Shown: one piece after another, positions 30,927-40,706 of the stretch
Layout of the letters: the number at the start of each line of letters is the position of its first letter
Numbering within the stretch: the first letter of the stretch is position 1
Source: a bacterium
GTDB lineage: Bacteria; UBA8248
Direction of reading: 5' to 3'
Length of the DNA: 64,000 bases
Assembly (NCBI GenBank): GCA_965204535.1
Contig: OZ241996.1
Coordinates: forward strand, 736,001-800,000
Program-made: the position numbers and the translations under genes
The notes under the pieces: model-generated
What the model saw: the letters and a program-made list of their open reading frames with translations, nothing else
What the model was told of the DNA's origin: nothing
Databases searched by the model: none

Positions 30927-31334
30927 TCAGCCGTCCTGCGAGTCGGGCGCCGCGGACGTGCGGCGGATGAGTTCTCTGAGCGCCTCGTTCTGACCTTCGA
31001 TCGCCGCCATGTTTTCCCGATGTTGGCGTTCCATCGCCGTCATGGCTTCTTGGTGTCGGCTGTCCAGCGCCTTCATGGTTTCCCTGTGCTGCGCCATGTT
31101 TTCCCGGTGCTGGGCGTCGCGCTGAACCGCGGCCCGGCGCATGATGTAGAACCCGACTCCGATGAGGCTGCATTGCGCGGCCCCGACGAGGGCAGCGACC
31201 CATACGGAAGCTCGTTGCACGGCGAGCGATGCTTGTTGAAAGGCTAGAGTGGCCTGCTGCAGTGCGAGCGTGTCTTTTTGCAGCGCAAGGGCGGCTTGCT
31301 GCACGGTGAGGCTTGCGGCTTCGTATTCCGTCAT
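30927..31334 (-). CDS. Single-TM coiled-coil protein with QHRE(N/T)M repeats
   Basis: MTEYEAAS start, TM segment, repeats, ALRELIRRT end; resembles 33491-33964. Confidence 0.7.
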   Translation of the reverse strand: MTEYEAASLTVQQAALALQKDTLALQQATLAFQQASLAVQRASVWVAALVGAAQCSLIGVGFYIMRRAAVQRDAQHRENMAQHRETMKALDSRHQEAMTAMERQHRENMAAIEGQNEALRELIRRTSAAPDSQDG

Positions 31335-31551
31335 TCGGTTCTCTCCTGTCTGTCCTCGTGGAGCAGCCAGTTCCGCCAGTTTCGCCCAGAGAGTGGGATA
31401 AGTCAAAGCGACGGCGCTTTCGGCTCCTCGTCGCCTTGTGCCTCTGAATCCACCACGAGGCGCACGCCTCCTCACAATTCCGCGCGCCCGGTTTTTGGTG
31501 TATACAAAGGCTTTGCGTTCCCGATATGAAAGATTCAGCAAGGAGAACACC

Positions 31552-32808
31552 GTGGGGCAGACGATGGCGGAGAAAATCCTCTCCGCGCACTCAGATAGCG
31601 AGGCCAGGGCGGGCGACCTGGTGATCGCCGAACTCGACTACGTCATGGCGGGCGACGCCAAGGGGCCCAAGGCGGTCGACATCTTCAGGGACGCAGGCTT
31701 CGAGTTCCGGATGGACCCCAAGAAGACCGATTTCGTCATCGATCATTTCGTGCCGGCGCAGGACGTGCTCTGGGCGAACCACCACAAGAAGCTGAGAATC
31801 TTCGGTGAGGAGCACGGCGTCGAGGTATTCGAGCCGGGCGCGGGTGTGTGTCACACCGTCGTGACGGAGGAGGGCCGGGTGGGCCCCGGCGCGCTCGCCG
31901 TGGGGGGCGACAGCCACGTATGCACCTACGGTGCGCTGGGCGCGATGGGCGTGGCGGTCGAGAGCGTGGAAATCGCCTCCGCCTACGCCACCGGCAAGCT
32001 CTGGTTCAAGACGCCCGAAAGCGTTCGCGTCGAGTTCACCGGCGCGCTCGCGCACGGGGTTTTCTCGAAGGACATGGAACTCGTCCTCGCGCGCGAGATG
32101 GGCGAGAACGGCGCGAACTACATGGCGGTGGAATACGGAGGCCCTGCACTTGCGGACCTCTCGATGGACGCGCGCTTCACGGTCGCGAACATGTCGGTCG
32201 ACATGGGGGCGAAGACGGGGATCATGGAGGTGGACGATAAGGCGCTCGACTGGGCGCGGGCGCACGGGGCGCGGTTCAACACGCCCGTCTCGCCGGACCC
32301 GGACGCCGAATACGCCCGGAAAATCCATCTCGACGTCTCCTCGCTCACGCCCGTCGTGGCCGCTCCGCCCGCTACGGGGAACGCGCACCCGATAGAAGAC
32401 TACGCGGGCCTGCCCGTCCAGCAGGCGTTCGTGGGCACGTGCACGAACGGACGGCTCGAGGACATCGAAATCGCGGCGAGAATCGTGCGCGGCAAGAAGA
32501 TCGCGCCGGGCGTTCGCTTCTACGTCGCGCCCACGAGCAAGAGAATTTACGAGGCCGCCGCCGCGAGCGGGGCCATCGGGGCCTTGGCCGAAGCGGGTGC
32601 CGCCGTGCTCACCGCCGCGTGCGGGCCGTGCGCCTCGATGACGGGAAACGGCTGCCTCGCCGACGGGGAACGCGCCATTTCGTCCGCCAACCGCAATTTT
32701 CCGGGGAGACTCGGCAGCAAGGAGGCCGAGATATATCTGGGTTCCCCGGCCACGGTGGCGGCGAGCGCGCTGACGGGCCGCATCACCGACCCCAGGGAAT
32801 TTCTGTAG
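31552..32808 (+). CDS. LeuC/HacA-type aconitase-family dehydratase, large subunit
   Basis: DHFVP, GVCH, GGDSH, GTCTNGR, CGPC, NRNFPGR. Confidence 0.9.
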   Translation: MGQTMAEKILSAHSDSEARAGDLVIAELDYVMAGDAKGPKAVDIFRDAGFEFRMDPKKTDFVIDHFVPAQDVLWANHHKKLRIFGEEHGVEVFEPGAGVCHTVVTEEGRVGPGALAVGGDSHVCTYGALGAMGVAVESVEIASAYATGKLWFKTPESVRVEFTGALAHGVFSKDMELVLAREMGENGANYMAVEYGGPALADLSMDARFTVANMSVDMGAKTGIMEVDDKALDWARAHGARFNTPVSPDPDAEYARKIHLDVSSLTPVVAAPPATGNAHPIEDYAGLPVQQAFVGTCTNGRLEDIEIAARIVRGKKIAPGVRFYVAPTSKRIYEAAAASGAIGALAEAGAAVLTAACGPCASMTGNGCLADGERAISSANRNFPGRLGSKEAEIYLGSPATVAASALTGRITDPREFL

Positions 32809-32830
32809 GCATGATGAGGGGGATGAAATC

Positions 32831-33316
32831 GTGGCGATGAAGGGCAAAGTCCACCGCTTCGGGGACGACATCAGCACCGACGTACATCTGTCGGTCAAAT
32901 ACCGCCCGCCGGGCACGACGCTCGAAGAACTCAAGCGCGACGCCTTCAGGGAACTGGACCCCGGTTTCTCGAAGAACGTGCAGCCCGGCGACGTGGTGGC
33001 GGCGGGGGAGAACTTCGGGCTCGTCAGCAGCCGTCAGGATGCCGCCGTGGTGCTCAGGGAACTCGGCGTGAGCTGCGTGCTCGCCAGGAGTTTCGGGCAC
33101 ATGTTCTACCGGAACGCGATCAACTCAGGGCTCCCCGTCATCGCGTGCGATACCGACGCGATAAGAGCGGGCGATGAGATAGGGGTCGACCCGGTGAAGG
33201 GCGAGGCCCGCGTAGGCGATGAGACGATCACCTTCGCTCCGTTTCCCGACGGCCTCTGGGCGATGATCGAGGCGGGCGGCCTCATTCCGTATTTACAGGA
33301 GAAGGGCGATTTTTAG
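32831..33316 (+). CDS. LeuD/HacB-type small subunit
   Basis: GDDISTD, GENFGLVSSRQ, ARSFGHMFYRNAIN. Confidence 0.9.
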   Translation: MAMKGKVHRFGDDISTDVHLSVKYRPPGTTLEELKRDAFRELDPGFSKNVQPGDVVAAGENFGLVSSRQDAAVVLRELGVSCVLARSFGHMFYRNAINSGLPVIACDTDAIRAGDEIGVDPVKGEARVGDETITFAPFPDGLWAMIEAGGLIPYLQEKGDF

Positions 33317-33490
33317 GACGCAGTGAGCCCCCGGCCTGGGCGTATGTTTTTTTGCATATTATTTTTGTAATTTATTCGTTTTATGCTATGCTTCTTTACG
33401 ACCTCCACGAGAAATGAGGACCCACCCGGGACGGGACGAGTTGATGGCGTCTCGTATGTTGATTTATTCTCAGGCGTGGGAGAGTGGGAA

Positions 33491-33964
33491 ATGACGGAAT
33501 TCCAGCAGGCGACCTTGCTCGTGGGATGGGTTCAGGCCGGCGTGGCCCTGTTCGTGGGCATGGTGCAATCGGGCTTGTTCTTTTACGGCATCAACCGGAT
33601 GAGCGACGCCTCCGAGAGGCGCGCCCGGCAGACGGACAGGCAGATAGACGCCATGATGAAGCAGATCGAGGTCATGGCGGACGCCTTTGCCAAGCAGCAC
33701 GAAGAGTCCATGAATCGCACGGACGCGCTGACGAGGCTGCAGGAAGAATCCATGAAGCGGACGGAGATCATGGCGGAAAGCATGGCCAGGCAGCACGAAG
33801 AATCCATGAGACGAACGGATATTCTGGCGGATACCATCAGCAAGCAGCTTGAAGAGTCCACGAAACGAACGGAAGTGTTGCTCAAGCAAAGCGAAATCAC
33901 GATGAAGCAAAGCGAGACGGCGATGCTGGCCTTGCGCCGTCTGCTTGAGAGAACCGCCGACTGA
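33491..33964 (+). CDS. Single-TM coiled-coil protein with QHEESM-like repeats
   Basis: MTEFQQAT start, TM segment, four EES(M/T)xRT repeats, ALRRLLERT end. Confidence 0.75.
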   Translation: MTEFQQATLLVGWVQAGVALFVGMVQSGLFFYGINRMSDASERRARQTDRQIDAMMKQIEVMADAFAKQHEESMNRTDALTRLQEESMKRTEIMAESMARQHEESMRRTDILADTISKQLEESTKRTEVLLKQSEITMKQSETAMLALRRLLERTAD

Positions 33965-33993
33965 CGCCAGGCAACAGGCCTTCTACCCGATAA

Positions 33994-34470
33994 TCAAGAA
34001 AAGGTCTCCCCCAGAACGCCCTCCAGCACCTCCATCGGCAGGTCGAAATCGCGGTATCCCTGCCGGAGCGTTTCGACGTAGTGCGCCGCCGGGCGCGCCG
34101 TTCTTATGGGATGTCGCATGATGTAGAGCATGGCCCGGATGGGGCCTTCCGCCGTGACGATCTCCACATCCTTCCGGTCGTAGAGCGCCGGGTAGTCCTC
34201 GAAGTGATCCAGCGCGGGCAGGTCGTCGGCGTGGAGGCGAAACAGCGCGCCCGGCACCTGTGCGCCCGCTTCGGGCGTCACGGTCGCCCAGCCGGGCTGG
34301 TTCCCTTGCGCCGTGGTGGGCAGGGCGATGGTGAGGCGGTAGCCTTCCAGGCGCGCGGGACATACGGGCTCGCTCCTGGGGCAGAGGGATTTCATTTGCG
34401 CGACGTGCAGGTTCGCCCCGTAGGCGAAGTAGTCGGACTCAGGCGTAGCCGAGGTTGTCGTCCTCCTCAT
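33994..34470 (-). CDS. Gamma-glutamylcyclotransferase-family protein
   Basis: YFAYGANL and LDHFED motifs. Confidence 0.85.
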   Translation of the reverse strand: MRRTTTSATPESDYFAYGANLHVAQMKSLCPRSEPVCPARLEGYRLTIALPTTAQGNQPGWATVTPEAGAQVPGALFRLHADDLPALDHFEDYPALYDRKDVEIVTAEGPIRAMLYIMRHPIRTARPAAHYVETLRQGYRDFDLPMEVLEGVLGETFS

Positions 34471-34834
34471 CGCCCTCCCAGTCGAGGTCGATGACCGGCG
34501 GATCGTCGCCGTCGTTCGGGAAGGCGAGCAGGAGCCTGGCCTTCTCCTCTCCAATCTGGGCTGCGCTGTGGATGGCTTCTTCCCGGATGGTGATCACCTC
34601 GCCCTGCTGAACGAGGACGAGCTCTTCTTCCACGTTGAACTGCATCTGTCCCTCGATGACGATCACGGCTTCTTCTTCATCGTGCGTGTGGTAGGGCACG
34701 AAGGCTCCCGCGGGCTGCTCGACTTCGAATACACGGTAGTCGCGCTCGGCCAGAGCGGAGATGATCTCCTCCTGCTCGGGTTCGCATTGGTACGCTGTGG
34801 CGACGTCTTCTAAGCGGTAGGCCGGCTTCTTCAT
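34439..34834 (-). CDS. Cupin-domain protein
   Basis: PYHTHDEEE..G and IHSA motifs. Confidence 0.85.
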   Translation of the reverse strand: MKKPAYRLEDVATAYQCEPEQEEIISALAERDYRVFEVEQPAGAFVPYHTHDEEEAVIVIEGQMQFNVEEELVLVQQGEVITIREEAIHSAAQIGEEKARLLLAFPNDGDDPPVIDLDWEGDEEDDNLGYA

Positions 34835-34853
34835 TTGGAGACCTCCTTCTTGC

Positions 34854-35303
34854 CTAAGTGCCCAGGAGTTTCCGGACCGCCTGGGAAATCCGGGCGCCCG
34901 CAGCGCGCCCGGCCAGTTCTCGTGACAAAATTCCCATTACCTTGCCCATGTCTTTCATCGAGGAGGCCCCGGTTTCCTCGATGACCGCCCGGGCGGCGGC
35001 TTCGATTTCCGCATCTTCCATCTGCGCGGGGAGATAGCCTTCGATGATCCGGATCTCATCGCGTTCCTTCTGGGCCATATCCTCGCGGCCGGCGGCTGCG
35101 TACTGCTCGGCGGCTTCCTCTCGTTTCTTTACCATACTTTGGAGCAGTTTGAGAATATCTTTTTGTGATGTTTCTTCAACGCCTTCCTTGTCCTTGTTCA
35201 AAATCTCGGCGCGCACCATCCTGATGGTGGAGAGCCTGAGCGTCTCCTTGGCGCGCATGGCGGCCTTCATGTCTTCGGTGAGGGCATCCCGGATACTGGA
35301 CAA
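34854..35303 (-). CDS. GatB/YqeY domain protein
   Basis: DMKAAMRAK..LSTIRM, YLPAQM, KDMGKVMG; TTG start after AGGAG. Confidence 0.9.
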   Translation of the reverse strand: MSSIRDALTEDMKAAMRAKETLRLSTIRMVRAEILNKDKEGVEETSQKDILKLLQSMVKKREEAAEQYAAAGREDMAQKERDEIRIIEGYLPAQMEDAEIEAAARAVIEETGASSMKDMGKVMGILSRELAGRAAGARISQAVRKLLGT

Positions 35304-35314
35304 CGTGTATTCTC

Positions 35315-35707
35315 CTATCCCTGCGTCGTCTTGCGGGGCCTTGTCTTCTCGCGGTGGAGACACCACAAAACGGCGGCCCCGCCCCCCGCTGCGTCCGCCG
35401 CCAGGTCTCCCCACGTCGCGTTCCGGTGGGGGAGAAACAGCTGGTGCAACTCGTCGCCCAGGCCGTTCAGGACGGTGAGGAGCAAGACGAAAGCGGCGGT
35501 CTTCCCCTCGGCCCAGCGGGGGAGCGTTTCCCGCCAGGGCCGCCAGAGCAGCCAGGCGAGGAGTCCAAACTCGCAGAGGTGCACGATTTTGTCCACCCCG
35601 AACGGCATGGGCGAGGAGGGATTCCGCCCGCCCGTCGCCGTCCAGACGTGAATCCCCGCCATATAGGCGAGTGCGAACGCCCAGCGCAGGGTGGTTTTTC
35701 CGCTCAC
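35315..35707 (-). CDS. VanZ-family membrane protein
   Basis: DKIVHLCEFG and DELHQLFLPHR..DL motifs. Confidence 0.85.
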   Translation of the reverse strand: MSGKTTLRWAFALAYMAGIHVWTATGGRNPSSPMPFGVDKIVHLCEFGLLAWLLWRPWRETLPRWAEGKTAAFVLLLTVLNGLGDELHQLFLPHRNATWGDLAADAAGGGAAVLWCLHREKTRPRKTTQG

Positions 35708-35719
35708 CGCCTCGTTCCC

Positions 35720-36115
35720 TTATCCGGGCAGGGGGACGATCGCCTCGACCTCGACCAGAAAACCGGGTTCGGCCAGACTGGAGATCACCAGAAACGTGCT
35801 CACCGGCGGATTATCGGGAAAGAACTCGGCCCGCACCTTGCCGACGGCGGCCCTGTAGTCGAGACTCGTCACGAACACCTGGATCTTGGCCGTATCCGCC
35901 ATGCGCCCGCCCGCCGCCTCGACCACCCTCTGGATGTTCCGGTAGCACTGGCGCGCCTGTCCCTCCGGGTCGCCCGGGCAGACGAGGTTGCCGTCCTCAT
36001 CGAGCGGCGTCTGGCCCGCCACGTAGAGTGTGCGCCCGCCCTCGGCGATGACCCCGTGCGAGAAATGCCCGGCCGGTGCGGCCAGCGAATCGGGCGTTAC
36101 CGTTTCGCGCTTCAC
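35720..36115 (-). CDS. RidA/YjgF-family protein
   Basis: LYVAGQT, PVST, VEVEAI motifs. Confidence 0.85.
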   Translation of the reverse strand: MKRETVTPDSLAAPAGHFSHGVIAEGGRTLYVAGQTPLDEDGNLVCPGDPEGQARQCYRNIQRVVEAAGGRMADTAKIQVFVTSLDYRAAVGKVRAEFFPDNPPVSTFLVISSLAEPGFLVEVEAIVPLPG

Positions 36116-36144
36116 CTTCTTTCCTCCTCGAACGCTCGCGCGCC

Positions 36145-37473
36145 TCAAAAGGCGAGTTTCGCCTCGCTCAGATTTCCCACCACGGCGAGGGTGGATTGGT
36201 CGAGCCGGATGTGTTTTCTCGCCGCCGCGAGGATTTGTTCTTTCGTGACGGCGCGGATTTTTTTCAGGTATTCATCCGCATATCCCGGCGAGAAGCCCAG
36301 AAGCTCCACCGCGAGGATGTAGTTTGCGATGCGGCCCGACGAGCCGAAGCGTGTGGCGAAGTTCCCGGTGATGAAATCCTTGGCGTCTTGAAGTTCCTCC
36401 TCGCTCACCCCTTTTTCCTGGATGCGCTCCACCTCCCCGATCGCTTCCCGGATGGCCTCGTTCGCCGTCTTGTTCTTCGTCTGGAGCATGAGCCGCCAGT
36501 GGCCGGCAAAGCGGCCTGCGGCGAAATAGCTGTAGACACTATAGACGAGGCCCTTGTCCTCTCTCAGGTTGTCCATGATCCTGCTGGAAAACCCGCCGCC
36601 GCCCAGGATGTAGTTCATCACGCGCGCGGCGTAGAAATCCGGATGCGTGCGCTTGAGCGAGCGGTTGCCAAGAATCACCGTGGCCTGGGAGAGGGGGCGG
36701 TCGATCTTGACCACCTGCATCTTTTTCGGAATCGCAGGGGGCGTCGATTCGGGAATTTCACCTCCCTCCGTCCGCCAGCCCTGGAAGCGGGCCAGAACGA
36801 GTTCTCGGGCGCGCTTGAGCGATACGTCGCCCACGAAGACGAAGATCGTTCCCTTCATGCCGTACCATTTTTTGTGGAAGCGGACGAGGTCTTCTCTGCC
36901 GAGTTTCTTGATCGACGCCTCCGCCCCCTCGACCAGGCGGCCGTAGGGTGTTTCGCCGAAAAGACTCTTCCGGAGCGCCTTGTTCGCGAGATGGCCGGGA
37001 CGCTCGCGCTGTCTGCGCAGGCCGCCCACGATGCGCCTTTTCGTCTTCCCGATCTCCTCCGCCGGGAAGACGGGGTTTCTGAGTACGTCGCTCAGCAGGG
37101 AGAGGCCCTCTTCCATATCCCGCGTGAGCACGCGCATGGAGGCTTCTGCGCGCGCGCGGCCTGCCTCCATGCCCACGCCGCCGCCCAAGGCATCGTTCAA
37201 CTTCTCGACCTCCGAAGCGCTTCTCGTTTTCGTTCCCCGGGTGAGCAGGGCGGCGGTCAGGTTCGCGAGTCCCGCCTGTTCGGGCGCCTCGTGGCGCGCG
37301 CCCGCTGGAATCGAGATGGCGATGCGCACCATGGGCAGTTGCCTGCTTTGCTTGACGAGCAATACGCCGCCGCCCGGCAGTTCTTCGCGCTCGTAGGTGA
37401 TGACGTCCGCCCATGCCAGGGCGGGCAGAAGAAATGCAGCGGCCAGTGTCCAGAGAATGCGGTGGGGCCTCAT
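36145..37473 (-). CDS. M16 peptidase, non-catalytic partner subunit
   Basis: GLANLT replaces HxxEH; ILGGGGFSSR..LREDKGLVY; signal peptide. Confidence 0.9.
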   Translation of the reverse strand: MRPHRILWTLAAAFLLPALAWADVITYEREELPGGGVLLVKQSRQLPMVRIAISIPAGARHEAPEQAGLANLTAALLTRGTKTRSASEVEKLNDALGGGVGMEAGRARAEASMRVLTRDMEEGLSLLSDVLRNPVFPAEEIGKTKRRIVGGLRRQRERPGHLANKALRKSLFGETPYGRLVEGAEASIKKLGREDLVRFHKKWYGMKGTIFVFVGDVSLKRARELVLARFQGWRTEGGEIPESTPPAIPKKMQVVKIDRPLSQATVILGNRSLKRTHPDFYAARVMNYILGGGGFSSRIMDNLREDKGLVYSVYSYFAAGRFAGHWRLMLQTKNKTANEAIREAIGEVERIQEKGVSEEELQDAKDFITGNFATRFGSSGRIANYILAVELLGFSPGYADEYLKKIRAVTKEQILAAARKHIRLDQSTLAVVGNLSEAKLAF

Positions 37474-37474
37474 G

Positions 37475-38872
37475 CTAGCGTCCTCCCCGGCTTTTGGCGG
37501 TGTTCGCGCGGCGGCTTTTCTTTGTCGGTATGAGTTCGGCGGTGGTCTTGTTCTTGTGGCGCAGGTATTTCCTGGCGACGCGGACCACGTCGGCGGGCGT
37601 CACCTTCCTGAGGGTGGGCAGGTAGCCTTCGAGCAGCCGCCAGTCGCCCGCGATGGCCGCCGAGCCGAGGAGCCTCGCCCGGTAGTAGTGCGAGTCCATG
37701 GCGAAAACCGTGTTCGCCTCGATGTTCCTGAGCGCGCGGCGGAACTCTTCGTCCGTAACGCCTTTTTCGATGAGTTTTTCCACCTCCTCGAGCAGGGCTT
37801 TCTCCGCATCGGCAGCCTTTTTACCGGGCGCCACCCGCGCGTAGAGATAGAAGATCATCGGGTCCACCGAGATGTAGGTGTAATCGGAACCCGCGCCGAG
37901 CGCGAGAGTGTCCTTGCGCACGAGCCTCTGGTGGAGCCGCGAGGTTTCTCCACCACCCAGGATGGCTTCGAGCATCACGAGGGCGGGCGCGTCCTCGCTC
38001 TTCCAGTTGGGGGCGTGATAGCCGATAGCAACATAGGGGAGCTGGGCGTCCGCGCGAACGTACACCCTGCGCTCCGACTTCTGGGGGAACTCGGCGAGCG
38101 CGGGCCTTTTCCGGAAGGTGGGGGATTTGGGGATTTTACCGAAGTGTTTTTCGAGCAGCGCGATGGCTTCATCGACCTTGAAATCGCCCACCAGGACGGC
38201 TGTGGCGTTCTCAGGGCTGTAGTAGCGCCTGTAGAACGCTTCCATGTCCTTGATGGTGATGGCGTCTATATCTTCGGGCCAGCCGATGATCGGGTTCTTG
38301 TAGGGGTGGTTCGTGTAGGCGACGGCCTGGAATTGTTCCCAGAACTTGCCCACCGGCCTGTCATATCGGGTGCGTCTTTCCTCGTGCACCACGTTCTTTT
38401 CCGCGTCGAAGGCCGCCTTTTCGAGCACCATGTTCACCATCCGGTCGGCCTCGAGTTCGATAATCAGTTCGAGCCTGTCCGAGGCGATGCGCTCGTAGTA
38501 CGCGGTGTAGTCGAAGCCCGTGAATGCGTTGTGGGAGCCGCCGTTTTTCTTGATGGTCTCGCTGAATTTCCTGGGGCCGTATTTCTTGGTGCCGCGAAAC
38601 ATCATGTGCTCGAGATAGTGAGCGATGCCCGTGAGGCCGGGCTGCTCGTCGCGGCTGCCGACGGCGTACCAGATCTTCATGACCACCATGGGCGCGCTGT
38701 GGTCGGGCAGCAGCAGGGCGCGCATCCCGTTCTTCATCCTGTGCTCGGTCACCTTCCAGGGAACGCGCAGGGGAGCCCCGGTTTTGGCTCGTGCTCCGGG
38801 GGGCGGCGCGGCCAATAGAAGGAGGAGGCAGGCGACGGCCATGAGTGCGCGCAGTCTGTATGTTTTCCGCAT
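37475..38872 (-). CDS. M16 zinc peptidase, catalytic subunit
   Basis: GIAHYLEHMMFRG, NAFT, EERR motifs. Confidence 0.92.
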   Translation of the reverse strand: MRKTYRLRALMAVACLLLLLAAPPPGARAKTGAPLRVPWKVTEHRMKNGMRALLLPDHSAPMVVMKIWYAVGSRDEQPGLTGIAHYLEHMMFRGTKKYGPRKFSETIKKNGGSHNAFTGFDYTAYYERIASDRLELIIELEADRMVNMVLEKAAFDAEKNVVHEERRTRYDRPVGKFWEQFQAVAYTNHPYKNPIIGWPEDIDAITIKDMEAFYRRYYSPENATAVLVGDFKVDEAIALLEKHFGKIPKSPTFRKRPALAEFPQKSERRVYVRADAQLPYVAIGYHAPNWKSEDAPALVMLEAILGGGETSRLHQRLVRKDTLALGAGSDYTYISVDPMIFYLYARVAPGKKAADAEKALLEEVEKLIEKGVTDEEFRRALRNIEANTVFAMDSHYYRARLLGSAAIAGDWRLLEGYLPTLRKVTPADVVRVARKYLRHKNKTTAELIPTKKSRRANTAKSRGGR

Positions 38873-38946
38873 GAATCCATCCTCGTGGCGGCGGCTTGTT
38901 ATGAACGATCCGGGGGTGAGACCCGGCGATAAGGCGACGACCCACT

Positions 38947-39960
38947 CTAGTCCTTGATGCCCGCTTTTTCCAGCACCTCGGGGTTCAGAAGGCCGGCAGG
39001 GCGTCTACCGGCGATGACGTCGAGTGCGGCATCGACGGCGAACTCGAGCGACTGCTCGCACGCATCCTCGCCCAGGCCCGCGATGTGCGGGGTAAGGACG
39101 ACGTTGTCGAGCGAGAAGATGCGGTGGCGGTGGTCCGCAGGCTCGTTCGGGAAAACGTCGAGTGCAGCGCCTTGGATGATCCCGTGCTCCAAGGCCGTGG
39201 CCGCGGCGTCGAGATCCACTACCGGGCCGCGCGAGGTGTTGATGAGATAGGCGCCCGGCTTCATCGAGGAGAGGAATCTCTCGTCCACCATGCCGCGCGT
39301 CGAATCGTTCAGGGGCACGTGGCAGGTGATGAAATCGGCCCGGCGCGTCACCTCCTCGCGGGGTTCAAAGAAAACGCCCACCTCGGCGGCGAATCGCTCG
39401 TCGCGCACGATGTCATGGGCGATGACCTCCATGCCGAAGGCTACGGCGCGCCTCGCCACGCGCTTGCCGATGTTGCCGAGCCCGATGATCCCCAGCGTCT
39501 TGCCCCGGAGCGGCGATATGGGGACTCTTAAGTCCGCCCACTCGCCCGCGCGCATTTTTTTGTCGGAAAGAGCGATATTCCGCGCGATGCACAGCATGAG
39601 GCCTATCGCGTGCTCGGCCACGGAATCGGAATTCTGTCCCGGCGCGTTCGTGACGACCACCCCGTGGCGCGTGGCGGCGTCGAGATCGACGGAGTTGAAG
39701 CCCACCCCCGTTCTGGCGATGTGCTTCAAGTGCGTCGCCGCCGCCAGGGTGCGCTCGTTGTAGGGGTCGTTGCTCGGGAAGGTGACGACCACGTCGGGAA
39801 GGGCGGCGATGAGTTCATCTTCGGTCTTGTCCACCCCGTTCGATTCGATTCTGACTTCGAGACCCGCCTCGGTTTCGAGCCGTTTGAAGTGGCGCATCGG
39901 GTCTTCAAGCCCGCTCAGCCAACTGGTGGTGACCCAGGCGATTCCTTTCGACATGCTCAT
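38947..39960 (-). CDS. D-2-hydroxyacid dehydrogenase (SerA-like)
   Basis: GLGNIG, INTSRG, DVFPNEP, TPHIAG. Confidence 0.9.
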   Translation of the reverse strand: MSMSKGIAWVTTSWLSGLEDPMRHFKRLETEAGLEVRIESNGVDKTEDELIAALPDVVVTFPSNDPYNERTLAAATHLKHIARTGVGFNSVDLDAATRHGVVVTNAPGQNSDSVAEHAIGLMLCIARNIALSDKKMRAGEWADLRVPISPLRGKTLGIIGLGNIGKRVARRAVAFGMEVIAHDIVRDERFAAEVGVFFEPREEVTRRADFITCHVPLNDSTRGMVDERFLSSMKPGAYLINTSRGPVVDLDAAATALEHGIIQGAALDVFPNEPADHRHRIFSLDNVVLTPHIAGLGEDACEQSLEFAVDAALDVIAGRRPAGLLNPEVLEKAGIKD

Positions 39961-40000
39961 CCTCTCGTCGGCGGTTCGGTTCGAATATCCGGGGGTTTTG

Positions 40001-40690
40001 CTAGAAAACCTCGTCTTCGGGGTTGTGCACCTCGCCCATGCGCTTGAGCGTTGGAAGCGGCAGCCCCTCGTAAAGCTTGCCCAGCTCCACGTTCGTCTCG
40101 GCGAGCGCCATCTGGTAGAGGCTGTTGCCGCGGGCGTCGCATTCCACGAGAAAGGGGCCGAAGTTCTTCACCTCGAACACCCACATCGCCTGGGCGATGC
40201 CGAGTTCGTCGAGCCAGTAGACGTCCTTGACGCCGGTGATGCCGCGACCGTACTGCGCGCCGATGCCGTAGCCCACCGTGTTCAGGAACACCGCGCCCAG
40301 CCGCTTGAAGTGTTTCTCATAAAATTCCTGCGCCATGCCACCCTTGCCGATGACGCAGCGCACCCCGTGCCCGTCCAACAGGAGGGGCAGGTGTTTCTCG
40401 AATCGAAAGCTCGCCGTGGCCGTCACGGCGGCCACCTCCCACTCGCCCGATTCGTTTTTCCCCACGGCGGGCGAGCAGTGGAACGTCACGTTCGTGAGCG
40501 AGGCGATGTCCACCGGCGGGGGCGCTTTTTCGTCGAAGAGCTTCTTATAGAGGCCGATCCTGCCGGTGAAGACGAGGCCGTCGAAATAGACGACGTCGCC
40601 GAGTTCGAGTTTCGCCAGGTCCTCCGGCGTGGTCGGCGTGGTCAGGTGGTGTTCCTTCATCTCCAGGTCTGCGGTGCCGCTCATATCCAA
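40001..40690 (-). CDS. Class I fumarate hydratase / tartrate dehydratase beta subunit
   Basis: IGKGGM, FGPFLV..D..GNSL motifs. Confidence 0.85.
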   Translation of the reverse strand: MDMSGTADLEMKEHHLTTPTTPEDLAKLELGDVVYFDGLVFTGRIGLYKKLFDEKAPPPVDIASLTNVTFHCSPAVGKNESGEWEVAAVTATASFRFEKHLPLLLDGHGVRCVIGKGGMAQEFYEKHFKRLGAVFLNTVGYGIGAQYGRGITGVKDVYWLDELGIAQAMWVFEVKNFGPFLVECDARGNSLYQMALAETNVELGKLYEGLPLPTLKRMGEVHNPEDEVF

Positions 40691-40706
40691 AAGTCTCCCA
40701 AGCCGC

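Noticed and set aside
34439-34470. Apparent non-canonical (ACG) start for the GGCT gene
   Set aside because: An in-frame ATG with a GGAGG upstream exists at 34470
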